Part shown: positions 34,836 to 43,203 of the stretch, piece after piece
How positions within the stretch are numbered: position 1 is the stretch's first letter
How the letters are laid out: each line of letters starts with the position of its first letter
Assembly: GCA_040905445.1 (NCBI GenBank)
Contig: JBBDRN010000043.1
Span: forward strand, 479 to 64,478
Source of the DNA: Phycisphaeraceae bacterium
GTDB taxonomy: Bacteria; Planctomycetota; Phycisphaerae; Phycisphaerales; Phycisphaeraceae
Direction: 5' to 3'
DNA length: 64,000 nt
The notes under the pieces: generated by a model
Seen by the model: the letters and a program-made list of their open reading frames with translations, nothing else
Told to the model about the DNA's origin: nothing
Database searches by the model: none
Made by a program: the position numbers and the translations under genes

Positions 34836-35477
34836 CTACCGGGTCTGGGCGAGGTCGAAGTCGCTGGAGAGGATGATCTCGCGGCTGCCGACGTGCAGCA
34901 GGCGGAACTCGAACCAGTACTGCCGCCGATCGCCGCGCCGCGACTCGTAGAAGTCGCCCGAAAGCATGTACGTATGCTCCGGGTCGTACCGCGTGCCGGA
35001 CGTGCCGCTGCCCTCCTGGAGCAGGTCGTTGTCGCCGGCCCCGATGCGCTCGAGCTCGCGGTCGACGCGGCGCAGATCCTCGACGATGACGAAGTGGTTG
35101 CGCATCACGTCGCTGTTGATCAGGCGCGAGCGCAGGCGGCGCTGGATCTGCTCGAAGTCGCGCGTGGGCGTGCGCGTCTGGTTGTCGATCGTGCCCAGCT
35201 CCAGCAGCAGGCGATGATCCGCCGCCGCGATGCGCGGCAGGTCGGCGATCTCCAGCGCCAGGCGGTCGGCGGTCTGGTCGGAGAACTCCAGCATCGCCGG
35301 GATGCTGGCGCTGGTGGACTCGCGGTCGGCGCGGGTGGTCTCATACGAGTCGATCCGGTCCGATGCCCGTGGCGCGATCGGGTCGGACTGGCAGCCGACC
35401 ATCGCCAGCAGGCCCAGGGTGAAAGCGAAGGTGGCCGTCGAACGTGCGAGCGTATGGCAGCGAGCAGATCGGTACAT
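34836..35477 (-). CDS. LpoB-like (COG3417) lipoprotein (tentative)
   Basis: Lipobox LLAMVGC. LLLELGTIDNQTRTPT core. C-terminal YMLSGDF...beta segment. Confidence 0.5.
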   Translation of the reverse strand: MYRSARCHTLARSTATFAFTLGLLAMVGCQSDPIAPRASDRIDSYETTRADRESTSASIPAMLEFSDQTADRLALEIADLPRIAAADHRLLLELGTIDNQTRTPTRDFEQIQRRLRSRLINSDVMRNHFVIVEDLRRVDRELERIGAGDNDLLQEGSGTSGTRYDPEHTYMLSGDFYESRRGDRRQYWFEFRLLHVGSREIILSSDFDLAQTR

Positions 35478-35688
35478 GCCGTTTCCTCGTGAGCAATGGA
35501 CAACGCCGGCGGAAGCGCCGCCGCGCGGCCCGATTCTATGACCACCCCCGCCAGCGATGCAAGAAGTCCGCCCTCGCTACACCGGTTCATCGGCCAATCG
35601 TGCCACCGACGCTGAATGGAAATTGCGATCGCCGCCACCCGGTAAAATACCCGTCGCGAACGACACATCCTTAGAAAGGAGCCGCCCC

Positions 35689-36168
35689 GTGTCCACGATC
35701 GACACCCGCCGCGTCGTCGACGCCATGCTCAGAATGCTCAGCGAAGCCTTCGAAGGTTGCGACGGCTGGACCTGGTTCATCAGCCACGACGTGCCGGACG
35801 CCGCCCTGTTCGCCGCCCTGGCGAATCTCACGCCGGAACAGGCCTCCACGCCCGCCGCCCCGGGCGGCCGCTCCATCGCCGCCCACGTCGAGCACCTGCG
35901 CTGGGCCCTGCACTTCGCCAGCACCTTCCTCCAAGGCGACACGCCTGACCGCAACTGGGACAACAGTTGGACTGTCCAGGTCGTCGACAAAAAGCAGTGG
36001 CGCGACCTCCAGGCCGCCCTGCGCGAGCAGTACGAGACGCTGCGCGACCTCATCGACACCCGCGAGGACTGGTCCGATGATGTCCTCTTCCGCGGCACGA
36101 TGGCGCAGCTTCCGCACACGGCCTACCACCTCGGCGCCATCCGCCAGCTCGTGCGCGTCGTCATGTAA
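35689..36168 (+). CDS. DinB-family (DinB_2) four-helix metal-binding protein
   Basis: AGGAG precedes GTG 35689. SIAAHVEHLRWAL and HTAYHLGAIRQL supply the His triad pattern. Confidence 0.75.
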   Translation: MSTIDTRRVVDAMLRMLSEAFEGCDGWTWFISHDVPDAALFAALANLTPEQASTPAAPGGRSIAAHVEHLRWALHFASTFLQGDTPDRNWDNSWTVQVVDKKQWRDLQAALREQYETLRDLIDTREDWSDDVLFRGTMAQLPHTAYHLGAIRQLVRVVM

Positions 36169-37897
36169 GGCCGTGCTCACCAACCGATTCGATCGCCCGC
36201 AACCCGTGGGCTGCTCGCGTCGGCGTCGCGCCGGCGGCGACGCCGGCGTCGCAGGACGGCTCATACCGCCCCGGGCTGATGACCCCGTCCGGGTCCAGCG
36301 TCGCCTTGAGCTGCGCCACCACGTCCCAGTAGGACCAGCCCGACCCGCGCCCAAGCTTGCCATACCCCGCCGGCCCCGTGCGGTACGGCGGATACCCCGC
36401 GTCCATCAGCCGCGTCGTCAACTCGTCGTAGCACGCCCGTGCCCGCTCAGCCTCGTCCGGCTCGCGGCGATCGAAATAGAGGTTCGACACGCAGATCATC
36501 GCCCGCTCGTTGATCATCGTGTACGTCGAAAACGCCTCGAAGCCGTGCGCGGCGTATACCGGCTCCATGATGCGCCGCACCTGCTGCGCCGCCTCGCCGG
36601 TCATCGGCAGCACGGGCGAACACCACATCAACCCGGCGTGGCGATCCAGCGGATCGGTCACCGCCTCGCGTGATCGCGCATCGCGCACGCGCCACAGCGT
36701 CCCCGCCAGCGCGTGGCCGTTGGGCTCGCCGCGCAGGAGCGCGTAGACGCCCTTGAGCCCGGCGAGCTGTTCGCGCAGCCCCTCGCCCCGACCCACCGCG
36801 CCCAGCCCGCGCCCCACGCGGTCCAGCCATGCCAGGCGACGGTCGGTAAAGAACATCACCCGCTGGCCACGCAGCGCGCGCTTGACGAGCTTGCGCGTCG
36901 CCGCGACGACGCCCGCCGGCCCGGCGATCGCGCCGGCGCCCGTCCACGCGCTGACCCCCAGCTCCCGCGCCATCGCCTGGCGCACGTCGTCGGGCAGCGG
37001 TGTACGGCCGCCGGCGCGGTCCCACGGGTAGCGGGCGCGGGCGGAGATGAGACGCAGGTCGTTGGCGATGTGCACCGCGCTGGTGATGACGCCCTGTCGG
37101 CGAAGCGGGGCAAGGCGCTCGACCATCTCGGCCAAGCCATGCTCCGCGTCGCTGCTCTGGAAGAAGAAGGCGCAGAAGGCTTCCGGCTCCGGCGCCAGCC
37201 AGACGCCGAGGCGCGTGACGATGCCGAGGTTGGACTGGGCGAACAGCCCGTCGAGGAACGGCCCGACGCCATAGGGGTAAACATGCTGGGCGCGGGCGTT
37301 GTCGTAGTGGGCGAAGCCGGTGCGGAGGATGCGGCCGTCGCCAAGGACGATCTCCATGCCGCAGGCGGTCAGGAAGTGGTCGCCATAGCGCGTGTGCCCG
37401 AAGCCGCGGTCCAGCGTGTTGCCCACGAAGCTGGCCCCGGGGCCGGCGCCGGTGGCGTCGATGGTGTAGGGCAGGCCGCGGTCCTTGAGGTATTGCCAGA
37501 GCTGGCCCTGGCTCACGCCGGGCTCGATGACGGCGTAGCCGAGCTCGGCGTTCACCTCGAGGATGCGGTTCATGCTGCTGAGGTCCAGCACCGCCTGGCC
37601 GGGGCCCGGGGGCGCGGCGTCGCCATAGCCCCAGTTGCACCCGCGCGAGACGGGGTGGAGCTTGAGCCCCGCCTCGCGGGCGACGCGCACCGCCGCCTGC
37701 ACCTGCTCACTGGTGCGCGGCTGCAGGACCGCCATCGGCGCGCGGCAGGCCGCGCCCGAGCCGTCGGGCCCGGTGCTGCGGCCGAAGCGCTGCGTCATCG
37801 CGTCGTCGACGTGCACCGTCACGCCCAGCGCGCTGAGCTGGCGCAGGGCGGCGAAGACGGCGCCGTTGTTCACGTTCTCGGGCTGCGCAGCGCGCAT
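36161..37897 (-). CDS. FAD-binding oxidoreductase (PCMH-type FAD_binding_4, vanillyl-alcohol oxidase/cresol dehydrogenase-like)
   Basis: PVSRGCNWGYGDA, ILEVNAELGYAVIEPGVSQGQL and the C-terminal VAO-type cap. The 3' end overlaps DinB by 8 nt (convergent). Confidence 0.85.
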   Translation of the reverse strand: MRAAQPENVNNGAVFAALRQLSALGVTVHVDDAMTQRFGRSTGPDGSGAACRAPMAVLQPRTSEQVQAAVRVAREAGLKLHPVSRGCNWGYGDAAPPGPGQAVLDLSSMNRILEVNAELGYAVIEPGVSQGQLWQYLKDRGLPYTIDATGAGPGASFVGNTLDRGFGHTRYGDHFLTACGMEIVLGDGRILRTGFAHYDNARAQHVYPYGVGPFLDGLFAQSNLGIVTRLGVWLAPEPEAFCAFFFQSSDAEHGLAEMVERLAPLRRQGVITSAVHIANDLRLISARARYPWDRAGGRTPLPDDVRQAMARELGVSAWTGAGAIAGPAGVVAATRKLVKRALRGQRVMFFTDRRLAWLDRVGRGLGAVGRGEGLREQLAGLKGVYALLRGEPNGHALAGTLWRVRDARSREAVTDPLDRHAGLMWCSPVLPMTGEAAQQVRRIMEPVYAAHGFEAFSTYTMINERAMICVSNLYFDRREPDEAERARACYDELTTRLMDAGYPPYRTGPAGYGKLGRGSGWSYWDVVAQLKATLDPDGVISPGRYEPSCDAGVAAGATPTRAAHGLRAIESVGEHGLT

Positions 37898-38214
37898 CGG
37901 GTGGGTCTCCTGTCGGGAAGGCCGCTCGCGGTCGCGACGTCGCGACGTCGATTAAGTGAAACCAACCGACGGTATCGCCCGGCGTGCCCGCCACCGTCAT
38001 CGGCCGGAGCGGCGGCCACCATCGGTCCGCACCCGCGGCCGCGCGGCAAGGCGGGGCGGTCGTGCCGGTCGCGCCGCCGGGCGCGGCTGGGCAAGGGGCA
38101 ACTTCTGGTTAAGCGGGCCGGCGCATCCAGCGAAGCCGCGATCGGGCCGAAATCCAGCGATGGATCGTTGACGCCTGGGCGCACCTGCCCGGCCGATCCC
38201 GAGGAGGGTTTCCG

Positions 38215-38997
38215 ATGGTTGCACCTGCATCCGGCCCGCATGCGCAGTCAAAAACGCCGGCCCCCGCCCCCGCCGCTGCCCCCGCCGCCAACCGCGGCGA
38301 GATCAGCAAGCCGAGCACGGGCCTCGTCTACAGCGTCGCGCGCTCGCTCGCCGACATCGAGGCCGCCTGGGGCCTGGTCTACCGGGCCTACATGCGATCG
38401 GGGTTGATCTCGCCCAACCCGGCGCGGCTGCACACCCAGCCCCAAGCCGTGGGCCCGCACACGATGGTCGTCGCCGGCCGGATCGGCCCCGTGGCGGTCA
38501 GCACGCTCAGTGCCTACCTCGACACCGAGGCGGGCCTGCCGCTGGACGCTGTCTACCCCGACGAGATGCGCGCCCGCCGCGACGCGGGGCGCAAGCTCGC
38601 CGAGGGCGGGCTCTTCGCCGACCGCCGCGCCCGCCTGACGCGGTCGGCGGACAGCCTCTTCGACCTCATGCGCTTCGTCGTGCTGTTCGCCTACTGCTTC
38701 GGCGCCGACGACCTGATGATCGGCGTGCACCCGCGGCACGCGCCGTTCTACCGCCGGTTCCTCGGCTTCGAGGTCGCCGGTCCGGAGAAGTCCTACAGCG
38801 TCGTCAACGACAACCCGGTCGTGCTCATGGAGATGAACCTCGCCGCCCGCTTTGCCGACGAGCCGCGCCGGCGCGGCATCGCCTACTTCGAGCAGCACCC
38901 GCTCACGGCCGACGACTTCGCCCAGCGCTACACGTTTCCGCCCGCGGAGGTCGAGGCCTCGGCGCTCGGCGAGTTCCTGCAAATGAAACCTGCGTGA
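38215..38997 (+). CDS. FeeM-like long-chain N-acyl amino acid synthase (autoinducer-synthase fold, GNAT-related); tentative
   Basis: ARSLADIEAAWGLVYRAYMRSGLI..., LAEGGLFADRR and VHPRHAPFYRRFLGFE resemble the FeeM / PEP-CTERM-associated N-acyltransferase family. Confidence 0.55.
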   Translation: MVAPASGPHAQSKTPAPAPAAAPAANRGEISKPSTGLVYSVARSLADIEAAWGLVYRAYMRSGLISPNPARLHTQPQAVGPHTMVVAGRIGPVAVSTLSAYLDTEAGLPLDAVYPDEMRARRDAGRKLAEGGLFADRRARLTRSADSLFDLMRFVVLFAYCFGADDLMIGVHPRHAPFYRRFLGFEVAGPEKSYSVVNDNPVVLMEMNLAARFADEPRRRGIAYFEQHPLTADDFAQRYTFPPAEVEASALGEFLQMKPA

Positions 38998-39009
38998 CGT
39001 CGAGGGTGC

Positions 39010-39090
39010 CACTGACAAGCGGAGTCCGCGGAGCTTGTCAGTGCGAACGACGGCAAGCCCTGACAAGGCCGAAGACGCCCTTGTCAGGGC
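39010..39090. repeat. two tandem hairpins built on the word CTGACAAG
   Basis: Stem 1 is 11 bp (39010-39020 / 39033-39043). Stem 2 is 12 bp (39057-39068 / 39079-39090). Both are perfect. Confidence 0.85.
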
Positions 39091-39166
39091 ACCCGCGACA
39101 AATCAACGAGAGGCACTCTAGCCGGCGGCTCTTTAGGAACCCTGGAACCCGACGAACAGCTCACTG

Positions 39167-39248
39167 AACCGCGAAGAGGCGAAGGACGCGAAGTGCGCGA
39201 AGAAACAGAAACCACCATCCCTCCGCACTCTTCGCTGCTTCGCGGTTT
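39167..39248. repeat. inverted repeat of the AACCGCGAAG word family
   Basis: Left arm GAACCGCGAAGAGGCGAAGGACGCGAAG, right arm CTTCGCTGCTTCGCGGTT; imperfect. Confidence 0.75.
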
Positions 39249-39302
39249 TTCAGAGATCGCATCGGCAATCCCCCAATCCGCACCCCCTGAAGGATCCCCC
39301 TG

Positions 39303-40202
39303 ATGGTCGCCCCCTGGACACTTGGCCGCATCATCCTCGCCGAGACGCTGCACCGCCGCCCGCCGGCGCGCGTGCCTGAGCCGGCGATGGTCATGGACGA
39401 CGTCGAGCACGTCGCCGACTATGCCAGCGCCGGCGACGACGCGGGCACCATGACGCCAACGCACCTGCTGCACTCGGCGCAGGCGGCGGCGATCATCAAG
39501 CCGGGCGACCGCGTGCTCGACCTCGGCTGCGGGCCCGGGGCGCAGCTCATGCAGCTCGCGTCGCTCTGCCCCGAGGCACGCTTCGTCGGCGTCGACCTCT
39601 CCGAGCCGATGCTCGAACGCGCCCGCACGCGCGCCCGCCAGGCCGGTCTCACCAATCTCCACTGGTTCCAGGCCGACATCACCGCCCTTGATCGCTTCGG
39701 CGACGCCTCGTTCGACGTGATCGTCTCCTCAATGACCCTCCACCACCTGCCCGAGACGCGCGACCTGCGCCGCTGCTTCGTCCACGCCCGGCGGGTGCTC
39801 AAGCGCGGCGGGCGCATCTACTTCGCCGACTTCGCCCGCCTGCGCTCGGCGTGGGCGATGCGGGCGCTGGCCCACATGCGCGCCGCCACGCAGCCGCCCG
39901 CGTTCACCGAGGACTACCACAACTCGCTGCGAGCGGCCTTTTCGACCCAGCAGTTCCACGACACCGCCGACGCCAGCGGGCTGACCGACCTGGCGCGGGC
40001 ACGCCAGTACGTGACCCGGCCTCTGGGGATCATGCAGATCATCCAGAGCCAGGCGCCGGCGGAACTCGACCCCAACCTCGTCCATCGCCTCGCCGAGCGC
40101 TGCCGCGTCCTGACGAACACCGCCCGCAGCGACCTCGACACGCTCCTGGCCCTCTTCCGCCGTGGCGGCCTCGAGACGGTGCTTGGGGGGGTTCGCGGGT
40201 AA
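39303..40202 (+). CDS. class I SAM-dependent methyltransferase
   Basis: VLDLGCGPGAQ (motif I), VGVDLSEPML, DVIVSSMTLHHL, LKRGGRIYFADF. Confidence 0.85.
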   Translation: MVAPWTLGRIILAETLHRRPPARVPEPAMVMDDVEHVADYASAGDDAGTMTPTHLLHSAQAAAIIKPGDRVLDLGCGPGAQLMQLASLCPEARFVGVDLSEPMLERARTRARQAGLTNLHWFQADITALDRFGDASFDVIVSSMTLHHLPETRDLRRCFVHARRVLKRGGRIYFADFARLRSAWAMRALAHMRAATQPPAFTEDYHNSLRAAFSTQQFHDTADASGLTDLARARQYVTRPLGIMQIIQSQAPAELDPNLVHRLAERCRVLTNTARSDLDTLLALFRRGGLETVLGGVRG

Positions 40203-40369
40203 AAGGTTCCGGAGCCAGGGTTCGGGGTTCCGGGATCCGGCAGGCTGTGGATTTACCCCCTGTTGCGGCTGCCCCCTTTCCTCGCGCCCCCTGCCGCCGC
40301 CCGCTAACGCTCGTGGCCGGGCCTGCCCGACATAATTGAGACGCCACCCCGCGCGTCGAGCCCCCTGCC

Positions 40370-40609
40370 ATGCCCCACCGACGTCGCGATATCGTCGACA
40401 TCACCGGCCTGCGGCCATCCCGCGAGCGGGCCGGGCTGCGCGGCCGGCCCTGGATCGCCGTCCGGTGGGACTGCTGCTCGGCCTACAGCCGGGTCTACCG
40501 CAACCAGGCCGGCACTGCCTACGAGGGCCGATGCCCGCGCTGCATGCGGGCGATCCGCGTGCGCGTCGGCCCCGGTGGCACCAACCACCGTTTCTTCATC
40601 GCCCAGTAG
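40370..40609 (+). CDS. small Cys-rich (zinc-ribbon-like) hypothetical protein
   Basis: 79 aa with GC3-rich codon usage. WDCCSAY ... GRCPRCMR gives four Cys spaced like a zinc ribbon. No known family recalled. Confidence 0.45.
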   Translation: MPHRRRDIVDITGLRPSRERAGLRGRPWIAVRWDCCSAYSRVYRNQAGTAYEGRCPRCMRAIRVRVGPGGTNHRFFIAQ

Positions 40610-41074
40610 TCCCCCCCGCCACACCCCGCCACACCGCGCCGCACCCCGCCGGGGGCATCGTCATCGACGCCCAATCCGCGTTCCTGCTCCTGATCCTCGT
40701 CCTGGTTCCTAATCGCGGTCCAGGATTCTGATTAGGGTTTAGTCCATTCACCAAGGCCTCCCCCCACGGCGTGACGGGGCTGTGCCGGGCGGATCGGTGC
40801 GGGACAGGTGGAATCCGGCATGCCCGTGCGGGCGCGGGACGGGCGTTGACGCCGATCACGCCGCGTTTAGCCCACCCCGTCAAGCCGGGCAGGCAAACAG
40901 CCGATCGTTGACAACCGGAGACGCGGGGGCTGCGGTTGTGTCCGGGCAGCGGGGGCGGTAAAGTCTGGGCATACTTTATTCGTTTATCCGGGAAGAAGTT
41001 GGTGCGTAAAAAAGTGGACACCCGTCGCAGAACCCGCGTCAGCGGCCTCCGGGTTGGGTGCGCCAGCCGACCCT

Positions 41075-41980
41075 ATGAGTGAACTCCACGAGATCGCGGG
41101 CTATGAGATCGTCGCCACGCTCGGTCACGGGGCGCGGAGCACGATCTATCACGTGCGAGATCGCCGGCGGGAGCAGTACGCGCTCAAACGCGTCGTCAAG
41201 GCCACCGCCAGCGACCAGCGCTACCTCGACCAGGCGATCCGCGAGCACCAGATCGCCCGCCGCTTCGACCACCCCTCCATCCGCAAGAGCCACCGCCTGC
41301 TCCGGCAGCGCAACTTCATCCGCACCAGCGAGGTGCTCGTGCTCATGGAGCTCGTCCTGGGCAAGACCCTTGAGCAACACCAGCCAAAACGGTTGGCAGA
41401 TCTTGTGCTGACCTGCCGCCACGCCGCCGAGGGGCTCGCCGTCATGCACGAGCAGGGCTACGTCCACGCCGACATCAAGCCCAACAACATCATGATCAAC
41501 CAGGACGGGGCTGTGAAGATCATCGACTTCGGCCAGAGTTGCCCTTCGGGGACGATCAAGAACCGCATCCAGGGCACGCCCGACTACATCGCCCCCGAGC
41601 AGGTCCAGCGCAAGCGCATCATCCCCCAGACCGACATCTTCAACCTCGGCGCCACCATGTACTGGCTGCTGACCCGCCAGCACGTGCCGACCATGATGCC
41701 CAAGGGACAGGCGGGCATGGCGCTGAAGACCGAGACGCGTTGCGCGCCGCCGATCGAGCATAACCCGGAGGTGCCGCCGGCCCTTTCGTCGCTGGTGATG
41801 GACTGCATCGAGCGTCACCCGTCCGAGCGGCCGGACACCATGGTCCACGTCATCGACCGGATCGATATCGCCTTGGCACAACTCCAGCGCCGCGACGTGA
41901 GCGGCGGGGGGAGTGGCGGGCGGAGCGGCGGGAGTGGTGGGGTCGCCGAGACGCAGGTGCCGCGCCGCAATGCGTCGTAA
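41075..41980 (+). CDS. serine/threonine protein kinase (kinase domain only, Gly/Ser-rich tail)
   Basis: GHGARSTIY...YALKRV (VAIK-like), HADIKPNNIM, DFGQS, GTPDYIAPEQ. Confidence 0.9.
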   Translation: MSELHEIAGYEIVATLGHGARSTIYHVRDRRREQYALKRVVKATASDQRYLDQAIREHQIARRFDHPSIRKSHRLLRQRNFIRTSEVLVLMELVLGKTLEQHQPKRLADLVLTCRHAAEGLAVMHEQGYVHADIKPNNIMINQDGAVKIIDFGQSCPSGTIKNRIQGTPDYIAPEQVQRKRIIPQTDIFNLGATMYWLLTRQHVPTMMPKGQAGMALKTETRCAPPIEHNPEVPPALSSLVMDCIERHPSERPDTMVHVIDRIDIALAQLQRRDVSGGGSGGRSGGSGGVAETQVPRRNAS

Positions 41981-42066
41981 GCAGGCCTTCGCCATGCGAG
42001 CCGACCGTCCATCGGCCCCCGCACGCAGCATCCCGCGGCGAGCTCTGATATTCCGTCACACCCGCT

Positions 42067-43050
42067 TTACGTCAACGCCTGGCGCAGCACATGCCGCAGG
42101 GCGTCGATGGCCGGGCGATCGGTGCGCGCCAGCGCGTAACGCGCGTGCTGCTGGCGACATCCCGAGGCCAGGGCGGCGAGGTGGCGGCTGATGCCGCGCG
42201 CGTACGCCCCGGCCACCTGGCGGGGGTCCGCGGCGTGGGTCCGCCCGGTCTCCGGGTCGCGCAGGCGGTGGGGCCCGGGCGGCAGGCGGGCGATGTCGAG
42301 CTCCGCCGGGCTGAGCACCTGCAACACGATCACCCCCCCACCACCTCCCCCGCCACCGGCTGGGCGGCCGCGCCCCGGCCCGCCGCGCCGGTGACGTGCG
42401 AACGCGTCGAGGCATGCGGCCGGGTCATCGAGGAGGTCGGAGACGACGGCGAGCACCGTGCCCGCCCGCAGACGGCCGGCCAACTCGCGCAGCGCCCGTG
42501 GCAGGTCGCCCGGGCCGGGTGGGTCGTCGGCCTGCTCGATGGCCCGGCAGAGGCGGTGGGCGTGGGGCCAGCCGGGGCCGGGCGGCAGGTGGTCGACGAG
42601 TCCATCACCCGCCAGCGCCAGCCCCGCTCGATCGCCCTGGCGCGCGGCGATCAGGACGAGGGCGGCCGCGAGCTCGCGGGCGTGGGTGAGTTTCGATTTC
42701 GGATTTCGGATTTCGGATTTCGGATGGGAGCGGGCGGGAGTGGCGGGGGTGGCGGGGGCGGGGTAGGCCATGGAGGCGGAGATGTCGAGCAGGACGAGGA
42801 GGGTGAGGTCCGACTCGCGGCGATGACGGCGGAGGTAGAGGCGGTCGGTGCGGGCGTAGCGCTTCCAGTCGATGCCCGCCGCGTCGTCGCCGGGGCTGTA
42901 GGGGCGGTAGTCATGGAACTCGGCGCCGGGGCCGAGGTGGCGCGAGCGATGCTCGCCGGTGAGCAGGGTGTCGACGAGACGGTGGGCGGTGAGGGTGAGG
43001 CCGGCGAGGCCGTGGAGGCGGGGGAGGATTTCTGATTTCTGATTTCTCAT
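42067..43050 (-). CDS. DUF58 (vWA-like, MoxR-associated family) protein with in-frame repeat insertions
   Basis: GEHRSRHLGPGAEFHDYRPYSPGDDAAGIDWKRYART and LLVLLDISASM motifs. Start (43050 or 43083) lies in or next to a heptamer array. Confidence 0.8.
   Translation of the reverse strand: MRNQKSEILPRLHGLAGLTLTAHRLVDTLLTGEHRSRHLGPGAEFHDYRPYSPGDDAAGIDWKRYARTDRLYLRRHRRESDLTLLVLLDISASMAYPAPATPATPARSHPKSEIRNPKSKLTHARELAAALVLIAARQGDRAGLALAGDGLVDHLPPGPGWPHAHRLCRAIEQADDPPGPGDLPRALRELAGRLRAGTVLAVVSDLLDDPAACLDAFARHRRGGPGRGRPAGGGGGGGGVIVLQVLSPAELDIARLPPGPHRLRDPETGRTHAADPRQVAGAYARGISRHLAALASGCRQQHARYALARTDRPAIDALRHVLRQALT
42691..42723. repeat. ATTTCGG heptamer array (about 4.5 copies) inside DUF58 coding sequence
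   Basis: Encodes [11 protein letters not shown] in frame. Confidence 0.9.
42736..42762. repeat. GGTGGCGGG nonamer array inside DUF58 coding sequence
   Basis: Encodes [10 protein letters not shown] in frame. Confidence 0.85.
43027..43050. repeat. ATTTCTG heptamer array at the DUF58 start codon
   Basis: GATTTCTGATTTCTGATTTCTCAT; the CAT is candidate start Met-12. Confidence 0.85.
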
Positions 43051-43203
43051 GGCTGATGATTGGGGGACGGGGCGGCGGGGCATGCGGGGATTTTAGGTTG
43101 CGTCCGAAAAGGAGTGCCTTGGTTTGAGCGGCGGGCAAGGCGCGTGCGCGCACCCGTGACAGCCCCGCGTCGGTCAAGGCCGACCGCTAACGGCGGCGTG
43201 GTT

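Noticed and set aside
40596-41021. 141-aa minus-strand ORF in the spacer upstream of the kinase.
   Set aside because: Pro/Arg/Gly-rich with no start context or motif. It more likely spans the promoter or 5' UTR region of the kinase gene.
42691-42762. Possible CRISPR array, given the many short direct repeats here and at 53440, 54345, 60735, 18989 and 21963.
   Set aside because: The units are 7-12 nt and directly abutting, with no spacers and no cas genes. These are microsatellite-like arrays, not CRISPR.
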